Shown here: positions 37,401-44,885 of the stretch, in pieces | How positions within the stretch are numbered: the first letter of the stretch is position 1 | How the letters are laid out: every line of letters starts with the position of its first letter | Source of the DNA: an uncultured Eubacteriales bacterium | GTDB taxonomy: Bacteria > Acidobacteriota > Aminicenantia > Aminicenantales > Aminicenantaceae | Length of the DNA: 57,942 bases | Reading direction: 5' to 3' | NCBI GenBank assembly: GCA_964606185.1 | Contig: CAZSGR010000001.1 | Coordinates: 1 to 57,942, forward strand | The notes under the pieces: model-generated | Databases searched by the model: none | Told to the model about the DNA's origin: nothing | Seen by the model: only the letters and a program-made list of their open reading frames with translations | Program-made: the position numbers and the translations under genes

Positions 37401-37512
37401 AAGGCCTCTGGCGACAGTCGTCGTCGGAGGGCTCATCACTTCTACTCTGGTCACACTACTCGTTCTTCCTCTAATCTATCAAACACTCAAGAAACACCCT
37501 CGCGAATCCTGA
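34441..37512 (+). CDS. Heavy-metal-efflux (HME) RND inner-membrane transporter, CusA/CzcA family
   Basis: 1023 aa, 12-TM RND architecture. N-terminus MISKVIDFSLKQRVFIAL. TM4 motif GGLAIGIGLIADASIILVEN. Confidence 0.95.
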   Translation: MISKVIDFSLKQRVFIALSTAIIAVFGFLAFQRLPIDVFPDPSPPLVQVYTEAEGMAPEEVERLISYPIESSMFGLPRVKNIRSFSTFALSIVNVYFEDKTDIYWARQLVSQRLHEARESIPAQAHNPVLGPIATGLGMVYLYYLEGDDYSPLELRTIQDWLVKYELKSVPEVSQVLSIGGDIKQFQILINSQSLLKYNLTISDVSEKVRKNNQNIGASFITKGKEEYIIRSIGLIQTLEDLGTIVIANYQGTPIFLKDVGSIQVLPAIKRGAALVNGEGEKVVGMVLKLFGSNTARVIKDIEERISEVNKSLPSGVKIIPFYNQASLVKKCFSTVSGNIILGIILVIIVLFLFMGDFSSSIIAVFSLPFSILFSFILMQRMNLAADLMSFGGLAIGIGLIADASIILVENTHRHLHLQHESKVQAICRAGKEVGRPIFFAIVIIILVFLPIFTLTGVEGIMFRPMGLAISFALVGSMIFALISAPALSFFFLKPKKGETREPFLIRNIKKAYLPFFTQCQKHRKKVFIATFLVFIIGVALIPFMGREYIPYLEEGTLHLRATLDPNISLQETISLTTSIEKDLMGVPEVTGILSRIGRGEVGSHAHFVNNAEILVQLNPIQKWKHFKSKDEMLEEIEHRLEKFPGINLNITQPIAHNLDELITGVKSQLAIKVYGENFDILKEKSIEIKEAILNIKGAANVQVEQFTGQNHIQIVLSRGQIARYGVNIDDIQDTIKAAVGGITIGQVYEGQKRFDIFLRFSPEFRKDIDQIENLLIRLPGGGQIPLKQLASIVEIVGSRVINREHNNRFITVQCNIRGRDIGRFVSEAKREIENKVQLPANYTIKWGGQFELHQQANRRLTIITPITLVLVALFLFTIFYSFQEVLIILINIPLALTGGIIALKLSGLYLSIPASIGFIAIFGIALEDGLVLLSTFHRRLSQGSPMKDAIIEGVNTKIRPVLMTTFTTIFGIMPLLLAKGPGAEIQRPLATVVVGGLITSTLVTLLVLPLIYQTLKKHPRES

Positions 37513-37522
37513 CCTCATAAAG

Positions 37523-37658
37523 AAAAAAGGGACAGGATTTGCCTTTGGATCGGGATCAGACCTTGTTAAAGTCGAGGCCAGACAGCTAGATTCAGGCCCT
37601 ATATCTCGAAATCCTGATAAGGCTTGACCCCAATGAATTCAAATCCTGTCCTCTTTTT
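37523..37658. repeat. Long-loop inverted repeat just after the RND gene stop
   Basis: GGACAGGATTTG (37530-37541) pairs perfectly with CAAATCCTGTCC (37640-37651). The arms extend imperfectly into flanking A6/T5 runs. 98-nt spacer. Confidence 0.6.
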
Positions 37659-37689
37659 ATGACTTAAATGGACTATGCGGATCGAATCC

Positions 37690-37718
37690 TTGAAATTTTA
37701 AAAAGATAGTGTTATTAT
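37690..37718 (+). promoter_or_regulatory. Candidate sigma-70-type promoter for the Sm-like/pdxA pair
   Basis: TTGAAA (37690-37695), N17, TATTAT (37713-37718), 56 nt upstream of the ATG at 37775. Confidence 0.4.
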
Positions 37719-37774
37719 TATATGTAAAGAATTTCTGACTTTCTTATCCAGCTTAATTCTTGGAGAAGTAAAAC

Positions 37775-38098
37775 ATGAACAGGAAGCTTATCAGACCCAA
37801 CTTATCTGAAATAAAGGATAAAATGAGCCGCGACTCATCAAAAAAGAAAGTCCATCCTCCCTCTGAAACGCATGCCGAAAATTACTACTACCTCAAACAG
37901 ATGAACAAAAAAATCCACATGGGAGTTGTCTTTAACGATGGAGAAACAATCGAGGGATACATTGAGTGGTATGATAAAAACTGTATAAAGCTCAACCGCG
38001 ATAACGCTCCCAATTTATTGATTTATAAGAACGGCATCAAGTATCTGTATAAGCTAAACGAAGCTAAGGAAGCAAAAGAAAAACCAAAAAAGAAATGA
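37775..38098 (+). CDS. Sm-like (Hfq/LSm-fold-like) small protein, function unknown
   Basis: 107 aa. Core ENYYYLKQMNKKIHMGVVFNDGETIEGYIEWYDKNCIKLNRDNAPNLLIYKNGIKYLYK follows the Sm1 (V.V.L.nG..l.G.I..fD) and Sm2 (YKhaI) pattern. Lys-rich tail. GGAG RBS. ATGA overlap with pdxA. Confidence 0.45.
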   Translation: MNRKLIRPNLSEIKDKMSRDSSKKKVHPPSETHAENYYYLKQMNKKIHMGVVFNDGETIEGYIEWYDKNCIKLNRDNAPNLLIYKNGIKYLYKLNEAKEAKEKPKKK

Positions 38099-39087
38099 GC
38101 CTTCCTAGGATCGGGATCACTCTTGGGGATCCAGGGGGAATCGGACCTGAAACCGTACTCAAGGCTCTTTTGCCCGAAAATTCTCTTCCGAAAATATCCT
38201 ATCTACTTTTCGGCTCTTCTTCCGTGATCAAGGAAGAAAAACGGATCCTGGGCCTTGACATAGAAATCGAACCTTATGAGAAAACCAAGGAATCTCAGAT
38301 CCCTTCAATCTCTCTTCTGGAAATAGAGACTCCTCTAAAAACTGTAAAAAAAGGATTCCCTTCAAAGGAAAACGGAGAGGCATCTTTCCTTTTCTTCAAG
38401 AGAGCCGTTGAAGAAGCCGAAAAAGGCACAATCCAGGCTTTTGTCACAGCGCCCATATCCAAACACTCCTGGAATCTTGCCGGTTTGAAATGGTCTGGCC
38501 ATACGGATTTCCTCAGCCAAGCTTACTCCCAGGCTATCATGACTTTCTGGTCGGAAAAGTTAAAAGTTGCCTTGTTCACTCATCATCTCCCGTTAAAATC
38601 CGCATTGGAAGAGATTAAAAGGGGAAATCTGCAGGATTTTTTCCTCAACCTCCATAAGACTATCGAAACCATCAAGCCCGGAACCTTCCATTACCTGGTT
38701 GCGGGATTAAACCCTCATGCCGGAGAAGAAGGGCTCTTTGGTTCAGAAGAGGGAGAAGAAATCATTCCGGCTATAACTTATGCTCAAAAAAAGGGCATGA
38801 GAATCAGCGGGCCCTATCCACCTGACACTGTGTTCTGGAAGGCCTTAAACTGCTCTGAAAAAATCGTCATCGCTCTCTACCATGATCAAGGACTCATCCC
38901 CTTTAAGCTCGAGTCTTTTGAAAAAGGAGTTAATGTCACTCTGGGTCTTCCTTTCATCCGAACTTCTCCTGACCATGGGACGGCCTTTGACATCGCTGGT
39001 CAGAGAAAGGCCAACGCGAACAGTATGGTGGAAGCGATAAAGCTGGCCTGTGGGCTATCGCCGAACCTTTTTAAGTTCAGCTCTTAA
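38095..39087 (+). CDS. pdxA: 4-hydroxythreonine-4-phosphate dehydrogenase
   Basis: 330 aa. IGITLGDPGGIGPE N-terminus, GHTDFL, LNPHAGE, HDQGLIPFK, RTSPDHGTAFDIAG. Confidence 0.92.
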   Translation: MSLPRIGITLGDPGGIGPETVLKALLPENSLPKISYLLFGSSSVIKEEKRILGLDIEIEPYEKTKESQIPSISLLEIETPLKTVKKGFPSKENGEASFLFFKRAVEEAEKGTIQAFVTAPISKHSWNLAGLKWSGHTDFLSQAYSQAIMTFWSEKLKVALFTHHLPLKSALEEIKRGNLQDFFLNLHKTIETIKPGTFHYLVAGLNPHAGEEGLFGSEEGEEIIPAITYAQKKGMRISGPYPPDTVFWKALNCSEKIVIALYHDQGLIPFKLESFEKGVNVTLGLPFIRTSPDHGTAFDIAGQRKANANSMVEAIKLACGLSPNLFKFSS

Positions 39088-39507
39088 TTCTCGTTTACGG
39101 TCCCTCTCCCGAATAGCTTCTCTTTTCTCATAAGCCCTTTTTCCTTTGCCCAAGGAGACTTCTATCTTCACTTTTCCTTTATCGTTGAAAAAGACCTTTG
39201 TCGGAACGAGCGTTAATCCCTTTTCCTGGATTTTTCCAATCAATCGTTTGATCTCGCGGCGATGAAGCAGAAGTTTTCTTTCTCTTCTGGGATCGTGGTT
39301 GAACCGACTCGCCGGTTCATAAGGGCTGATATTACAGTTGATGAGAAAAATTTCACCCTCCTTTATTTCCGCATAGCTCTCCTTTAAACTGATCTTTCCG
39401 TCTCTGATAGATTTGACCTCGGTTCCGAGAAGAGAAATGCCCGCTTCCATTCTCTCCAGAATCTCATAGTTGTAATCTGCTTTTTTATTCTTTGCGATGA
39501 TTCTCAT
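39055..39507 (-). CDS. smpB: SsrA-binding protein
   Basis: 150 aa. IAKNKKADYNYEILERMEAGISLLGTEVKS, ERKLLLHRREI, basic C-terminal tail. Confidence 0.96.
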   Translation of the reverse strand: MRIIAKNKKADYNYEILERMEAGISLLGTEVKSIRDGKISLKESYAEIKEGEIFLINCNISPYEPASRFNHDPRRERKLLLHRREIKRLIGKIQEKGLTLVPTKVFFNDKGKVKIEVSLGKGKRAYEKREAIRERDRKRELRAELKKVRR

Positions 39508-40771
39508 TCTTTTTTCTATCCTCTGTCTGCTCTATTATAACTCGGAGAAGGCTGATACGGTGTTTGCTCATTCTCTCAACAACAAATTTAAGGTCTTTAT
39601 AATTCAACACTTCTCCCTCGTGAGGGATCTTACCAAACTCATGAAGAAAAAAACCCGCTATCGTCGTGTATTCACTCTTTTCCGGAAGCTCAAAGGCAAA
39701 CCTCTGATTGATATCTTTGATAGAAGCTCCTCCTCTGACCACATACACATTCTCCTCTATCTGGACATATAAATCTTCTTCTTTGGCATCGTATTCATCC
39801 TGAATATCCCCTACGATCTCTTCGATTATATCTTCGAGAGTTACAATCCCTTCCATGCTCCCGAATTCATCCACGACAAAAACGAGGTGCTTTGCGGTTT
39901 CCTGCATCTGCAGCAGGGCTCTCTCCAGTGAAGCGGACTCTGGAAGAAAAAGGGGGGTTCTAAGAAGTGAGCTCAATTTAAAATCTTTATTATCAACAAG
40001 ATATGGAATAATATCTTTGGCATGAATCACCCCTTCAATATTGTCCAGCCTTCCCTTATATACGGGAAACCTGGAGAATCCGCCGGAAAGGATAGTATCC
40101 AGAATCTTCTGTTTTGAAGATGTGATTTCAATCGATTTGATCTGAGGCCGTGGAATCATGACCTCCCGGAGAGGACGCGATCCAATGTCCAAGACGCCTG
40201 AGATCATCTTTTTTCTCAGCGTTGACATCCCTTTTATCCCTAAGGACAACAATACTTTAATCTCTTCTTCATTCAGAGAACGGGCAAGAGCAGTCCCCGT
40301 TGTTCGAGAGGAAGGGACAAGGAGCCGGGAAAGAAAGGTAAATACTTTGACAAAAGGATAAAAAATAACGATAAAAAACCGAATGGGCCGTATAAACAGG
40401 AAGGAAACCTTTATGGGATTGTATGCGGCATAGGTTTTTGGTGTGATTTCAGAAAGAATGAGGATTAAAAATGTCACCACTATCGTGGCCAGTAAAACCG
40501 CATGATTCTTGTTCGGAATAAAAGAGACAAAAATAAAAGTGGCAATAGAGGCAGCTGCAGCATTCACGAGAGTGTTCCCGATAAGAATTGTGGCCAGAAG
40601 GCTATCCGCCTTCTTCAACATTTTTTTAACAAGGATAGCTCTTTTTATGCCTTTACTTTCCAAGTAATCCAGCTTAAACGGACTGGCAGAGATAAAGGAA
40701 GTTTCAGAAGAAGAAAAGAAAGCACTCAGCAGAAGAAAAAACAAAAAGAGGACAAAGGCAGGGAAGAGCAT
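39485..40771 (-). CDS. CNNM/TlyC-family membrane protein (DUF21 - CBS pair - CorC_HlyC)
   Basis: 428 aa. N-terminal 4-TM DUF21 with SSSETSF, CBS pair (VMIPRPQI..., VVDEFGSMEGIVTLEDIIEEIVG), C-terminal transporter-associated domain. Confidence 0.9.
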   Translation of the reverse strand: MLFPAFVLFLFFLLLSAFFSSSETSFISASPFKLDYLESKGIKRAILVKKMLKKADSLLATILIGNTLVNAAAASIATFIFVSFIPNKNHAVLLATIVVTFLILILSEITPKTYAAYNPIKVSFLFIRPIRFFIVIFYPFVKVFTFLSRLLVPSSRTTGTALARSLNEEEIKVLLSLGIKGMSTLRKKMISGVLDIGSRPLREVMIPRPQIKSIEITSSKQKILDTILSGGFSRFPVYKGRLDNIEGVIHAKDIIPYLVDNKDFKLSSLLRTPLFLPESASLERALLQMQETAKHLVFVVDEFGSMEGIVTLEDIIEEIVGDIQDEYDAKEEDLYVQIEENVYVVRGGASIKDINQRFAFELPEKSEYTTIAGFFLHEFGKIPHEGEVLNYKDLKFVVERMSKHRISLLRVIIEQTEDRKKNENHRKE

Positions 40772-40782
40772 ATTCTATAAAA

Positions 40783-41301
40783 TCAAGAATCAAGACGGGA
40801 ATCGATGTCCTTGAAACAGCATGAGAGAGTTTCCATGACCTTCTCTTCGATTTCCGAGATGGAAAGAGAAGAGACTTCTGAGATCTCTAAGACCATAAGC
40901 TCTTTGACCCTTTCCATCATTTTCTTCTCACGGAAAGAAAGAGGCTTGATGAGATTCAAGTAATACAAGCTCTTCAAAACCAAAGCCATGTCCACCATCG
41001 TTCCGGACTTCAAAAGGTTTAAGTGTTCCTTGTATCTTCCTTTCCAGTTCATCGGGACATCAACATCGCCGTTCCGCATAAAATCAAAAATCTTTTTGAC
41101 AGATTTGACCGAGATGGGCTTTCTAATCCCTATTTCTTCAGCGTTGGATGAAGGAACCATGACAAGAGTGTTGTTCGAAATAATTCTCAGGTGATACACT
41201 TTGGATCTTTCCCCGAAATAATCTTCTACCTGGATGTCTTCGATAATGCCTAGCCCCTGATTGGGATAAATGATTGTTTCTCCAACCTTGAATGAATCCA
41301 T
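40783..41301 (-). CDS. carD: CarD/CdnL-family transcription regulator
   Basis: 172 aa. N-terminal Tudor-like FKVGETIIYPNQGLGIIEDI...VYHLRI, followed by a helical C-terminal domain. Confidence 0.9.
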   Translation of the reverse strand: MDSFKVGETIIYPNQGLGIIEDIQVEDYFGERSKVYHLRIISNNTLVMVPSSNAEEIGIRKPISVKSVKKIFDFMRNGDVDVPMNWKGRYKEHLNLLKSGTMVDMALVLKSLYYLNLIKPLSFREKKMMERVKELMVLEISEVSSLSISEIEEKVMETLSCCFKDIDSRLDS

Positions 41302-41504
41302 GGGTGATTATTATAATCAATCCATCCCAAGGAGTCAAATCAATTTCCAACAAAAATTAAACTCTTTTTCTCCTTCTTTCACCATCTCAATCTGCATAAA
41401 ATCCTCCCCGTGTGCAGGTGAGTCGCGGCATGAAGGTGAAGTTAAAATTCATGCTGGATTAAGCAGAACGTTGACAGAGACAAGGAACAGCCCTCTTTTC
41501 TAAC

Positions 41505-41533
41505 TTGACAGATAAAAGCAGGTTTATTAACAT
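41505..41533 (+). promoter_or_regulatory. Candidate sigma-70-type promoter for rpmH-rnpA-yidD-yidC
   Basis: TTGACA (41505-41510), N17, TAACAT (41528-41533), 35 nt upstream of the rpmH ATG. Confidence 0.5.
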
Positions 41534-41568
41534 ACTTTCTCTAAGAATACACACAGAGAAAGAAGAAG

Positions 41569-41703
41569 ATGAAAAGAACTTTCCAGCCTAACAAGAGAAA
41601 AAGAAAAAAGAATCATGGTTTTCTGGTGCGCATGCGGACTAAAGGCGGCCAGCACATAATCAAGAACCGAAGAAAAAAAGGCAGAAAAAGACTTGCGGGT
41701 TAA
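41569..41703 (+). CDS. rpmH: 50S ribosomal protein L34
   Basis: Not in the ORF track (44 aa). My own translation is [44 protein letters not shown], the canonical L34 pattern. The stop TAA overlaps the rnpA ATG by 1 nt. Confidence 0.94.
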   Translation: MKRTFQPNKRKRKKNHGFLVRMRTKGGQHIIKNRRKKGRKRLAG

Positions 41704-42059
41704 TGGATGAAACCTTTGGCCCTTCCGAAAGAATAAGAAAGAACAAGGAATTTTTCCACCTTTATAAAAAAGGCAAGCGTTACAGAGGCAAATATTTCAA
41801 TCTCATTTATCTCTCCAGCGCTTCAGGTTCTTCCAGGATGGCAGTCGTTGTCAGTAAAAAAGTCGGTAACGCCGTTAAAAGAAATAAATTCAAGAGATGG
41901 ATAAGAACTTTATTCCGAAGGAATAAAAACTTGCTCAAAGATCCCCATGATATCATCATTATCGTCAAAAGAGAGATCCTCGAAGCCTCCTGGCTGACGC
42001 TTCAAGAAGACTACCTGGCGGCCATAAAATCCATCTCCAAGAGCCACCCAACTCCATGA
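41703..42059 (+). CDS. rnpA: Ribonuclease P protein component
   Basis: 118 aa, basic. RMAVVVSKKVGNAVKRNKFKRWIR (RNR-type motif). Conserved position after rpmH. Confidence 0.9.
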   Translation: MDETFGPSERIRKNKEFFHLYKKGKRYRGKYFNLIYLSSASGSSRMAVVVSKKVGNAVKRNKFKRWIRTLFRRNKNLLKDPHDIIIIVKREILEASWLTLQEDYLAAIKSISKSHPTP

Positions 42060-42265
42060 AAAAAATCGCCTTATTCCTAATAAGAATTTATCAGTTGCTC
42101 CTTTCTCCTCTATTGGGACGCAACTGTCGCTTCACCCCGACGTGTTCGGTGTACACATCTGAAGCAATAAAAAAACACGGCTTTCTCAAAGGAATATTTT
42201 TAGGAGGCAAAAGGCTTGCCAAGTGCCATCCTTTTCATCCTGGAGGAGTCGATCACGTACCTTAA
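42056..42265 (+). CDS. yidD: Membrane protein insertion efficiency factor YidD
   Basis: 69 aa. LIRIYQLLLSPLLGRNCRFTPTCSVY...HPGGVDHVP. Confidence 0.93.
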   Translation: MKKIALFLIRIYQLLLSPLLGRNCRFTPTCSVYTSEAIKKHGFLKGIFLGGKRLAKCHPFHPGGVDHVP

Positions 42266-42276
42266 GAGGATATTCA

Positions 42277-43968
42277 ATGGAAAAAAGAGTATTAGTCGCT
42301 ATCGTTCTCTCCTTTCTGGTATTGGTTCTTTACCAGGCAGTCTTCTTTAAGAAAAAACCTCAGCCAGAAATCCCGGCCGAGAGCATCACAGAAATCGAAA
42401 AAAAGCCAGAACAGCTTCCTTACGTCAAGGAATCACCTGAAATTGAGGGGACGATCCAGGAAAAAGAGCAACCCAGAGAAGAAGCGCTCCCTCAAATTAT
42501 CTCATCCCAAGCCGAAGAAGAAATTACGATTGATACTTCGTTGTATCAAGCGACCTGGAGCAACAGAGGAGGCGTCTTGAAGAGCTGGAAGCTCAAAAAA
42601 CACAAAAATGAAAATAAAGAAGACCTAGAGCTTGTTTCTCGGCTCTCATCAGAGGTTAAAATCTACCCTTTCTCTTTGCGAACAGATGATTCATCTTTCG
42701 ACAGCCTCGTCAACAATTCTCTCTATCAGCCATCAAACCTCGAACTGGTACTGTCCGAGGGGCGGGCTGGAGAAATCCGCTTTCAATTTGCGGATGAGAG
42801 GGGGACACGAGTCGAGAAGATCCTTACTTTTCAGGATGGAAAATACGATTTTGATGTACAAATCGATGTTTGGAAGTATGGGCAGAAGGTTGAACCCCAC
42901 GTCATCTGGGGGCCGGGATTCAGCAACCCGACTCCCTCTGATACCAGAAGAAGATTAGCAGGAGGAGGGAGCGGAATAGCTGTCTACCCGCCCCGGAAAG
43001 ATGACCGTCTCAGCGAGTTAAAGTTCAAACCAGCAAAAAAATGGCAGGATCTCGTCAGCTCGAATAAAAATGTCTTTTATTTTATCCAATGGGCTGCCTA
43101 CGAAGACAATTACTTCGCCGCCCTCTTCCTCACCCCCTACCAACAGGCCAGTGCTGCTTTCCTGAGAGAGGGACCCGAAGAAAATCCCTACTTTCTCCTC
43201 TCTGTAACTCCTCCTCAAAAAGTCTATATCGGCCCCAAGGAGTACGATACTCTGGTTGAGTTCGGGAATGAGGCCAAAAGACTGGTCAAATTCGGGATGT
43301 TCGGGTTCATTTCCGAAATCCTTCTCAAAACCAGCAAATATTTCTACAGACTTATCCCTAACTGGGGATTATCCATTATCATCATCACTATCATCATTAA
43401 AATTCTCTTTTTCCCATTAACCTACACCAGCATGCGCTCCATGTCGAAAATGCAGGAACTCCAGCCCAAGATCAAAGCCATAAGAGCCAGGTATAAAAAA
43501 GCAAAAACGGACATGGCGCAGCGGCGCAGAATGAACGAAGAGGTTATGAAGCTCTATAAGGAACAGGGTGTCAATCCGGCCGGTGGGTGCTTGCCTATGC
43601 TCATCCAGATTCCTGTTTTCTTCGGATTCTTCAGGCTTCTGATGGTCGCGATTGAATTCAGGCAGAGTCCTTTCATCCTCTGGATCACGGACCTTTCCGC
43701 AAAAGATCCTTTTTACGTGACCCCGATTCTGATGGGTGTGACCCAATTCATCAGCCAGAAGATGACTCCCACATCCGCCGATCCCACTCAGGCAAGGATG
43801 ATGCTCATGATGCCTGTTATTTTCACAATATTATTCATAAATTTTCCGAGCGGCCTCGTCCTTTACTGGCTGACGAACAACGTCCTTCAAATCGCTCAGC
43901 AGTACATCATGAATCGCTTGAGGGAAAAAGAAAAGAGAAAAACTCATGGAAAAAGAAGAAAAAAATAA
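42277..43968 (+). CDS. yidC: Membrane protein insertase YidC
   Basis: MEKRVLVAIVLSFLVLVLYQ N-terminal TM, large periplasmic P1 domain. C-terminal 60-kDa IMP core (NWGLSIIIITIIIKILFFPLT, PLAGCLP-like GGCLPMLIQIPVFFGFF, SGLVLYWLTNN). Confidence 0.94.
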   Translation: MEKRVLVAIVLSFLVLVLYQAVFFKKKPQPEIPAESITEIEKKPEQLPYVKESPEIEGTIQEKEQPREEALPQIISSQAEEEITIDTSLYQATWSNRGGVLKSWKLKKHKNENKEDLELVSRLSSEVKIYPFSLRTDDSSFDSLVNNSLYQPSNLELVLSEGRAGEIRFQFADERGTRVEKILTFQDGKYDFDVQIDVWKYGQKVEPHVIWGPGFSNPTPSDTRRRLAGGGSGIAVYPPRKDDRLSELKFKPAKKWQDLVSSNKNVFYFIQWAAYEDNYFAALFLTPYQQASAAFLREGPEENPYFLLSVTPPQKVYIGPKEYDTLVEFGNEAKRLVKFGMFGFISEILLKTSKYFYRLIPNWGLSIIIITIIIKILFFPLTYTSMRSMSKMQELQPKIKAIRARYKKAKTDMAQRRRMNEEVMKLYKEQGVNPAGGCLPMLIQIPVFFGFFRLLMVAIEFRQSPFILWITDLSAKDPFYVTPILMGVTQFISQKMTPTSADPTQARMMLMMPVIFTILFINFPSGLVLYWLTNNVLQIAQQYIMNRLREKEKRKTHGKRRKK

Positions 43969-44578
43969 CCAAGAACAAGAATTCAAGGGGAAAAACTTAG
44001 AGGATGTGATAAGTCAAGCCGAACATGTCCTCAAGCTTCCTCGAAGCAAGTTCAACTACGAGATCGTTGCCGAAAAAACCAAGCTCTTCGGAATGAAGAG
44101 AAAAGAGATAGTGATCCGTGCCTGGCAGAAAATGGAGCCAGAAGAACATCCGGTGGCACAGTTTCTCAATAAGATTCTCACAATGTTTCCTCTTGATATT
44201 AAATACCAGATTAAAAGAAAAAATGACATCATCCACCTCACCTTCGAAGGAAATGATAAACACCTCCTCCTACGGAAGGACGGAGCACTTCTCATGGCTT
44301 TCCAGCATATTCTCAACAAAGTTTCTCCCGAGAAAGTTCAGGCCGACTGTGAGTTTTACAGAAAAAGAAAAGAAAGAGAAATCAAGGAGTATGCTCAGCA
44401 TGTGGCCAGCCATGTCCATGAAACAGGCAAGGACGAAATTCTGGACATGATGAATCCATATGAAAGGCGGATCGTCCATATCGCTGCGAATCAAATCCCA
44501 GGGATCACCACCGAAAGTATTGGAGAGGGATTCCTGAAACGAATCAAGATATCCCCTTTAAAAAGCGAGGCGCAATAG
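43946..44578 (+). CDS. jag: Jag/KhpB-family RNA-binding protein (Jag_N - KH - R3H)
   Basis: 210 aa. R3H motif MNPYERRIVHIAANQIPGITTESIGEG. Conserved position after yidC. Confidence 0.85.
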   Translation: MEKEEKNNQEQEFKGKNLEDVISQAEHVLKLPRSKFNYEIVAEKTKLFGMKRKEIVIRAWQKMEPEEHPVAQFLNKILTMFPLDIKYQIKRKNDIIHLTFEGNDKHLLLRKDGALLMAFQHILNKVSPEKVQADCEFYRKRKEREIKEYAQHVASHVHETGKDEILDMMNPYERRIVHIAANQIPGITTESIGEGFLKRIKISPLKSEAQ

Positions 44579-44653
44579 CCTCACTCCTTTCCTTTTTTTT
44601 GTTCCTTTTAGTCTTTACTGTTTCCTCTCCAAGATTTAATATAGTAACCTTGA

Positions 44654-44872
44654 TTATTCACGAGTCGAGGTTGCCAAAGACGTCGTTGCGAAGAGAGAAT
44701 CGAATGTGGTGATTTTTTTTAAACAAAAGGTTGAGATTGCCACACTCCCTTCGGTCGCTCGCAATGACATCACTCTACTTGAAGTCACCGCGCACCAACA
44801 GGTCGCTCGCGATGACAATTTTTTTAAGAAAATGTCGTCAGATTTGCTCGCCCAAAGAGTAAAAAATGCCGA
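44654..44872. repeat. Composite REP-like intergenic repeat, copy B
   Basis: Inverted match to 9655-9874. Contains GGTCGCTCGCAATGACA (44753-44769) and GGTCGCTCGCGATGACA (44801-44817), plus the variant CGTCGTTGCGAAGAGAG. Confidence 0.88.
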
Positions 44873-44885
44873 ATTATGAGATAAT

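Noticed and set aside
39485-40771. Hemolysin (TlyC) virulence factor
   Set aside because: The DUF21-CBS-CorC_HlyC architecture is the CNNM/CorC-type ion-transport family. The hemolysin label is historical.
44567-44600. Intrinsic terminator after jag (GAGGC-GCAATA-GCCTC followed by a T-run)
   Set aside because: The stem is only 5 bp and the T-run begins ~12 nt after it. This is too weak to call.
9875-44653. The segment bracketed by the inverted ~220-bp repeats as a composite transposon or genomic island
   Set aside because: There is no transposase, integrase, tRNA target or direct-repeat scar. The content is housekeeping (respiration, recombination-adjacent metabolism, rpmH-yidC). The conserved rpmH...jag-mnmE-mnmG synteny runs straight across the right-hand repeat. 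The repeats look like dispersed REP-like elements, not element termini.
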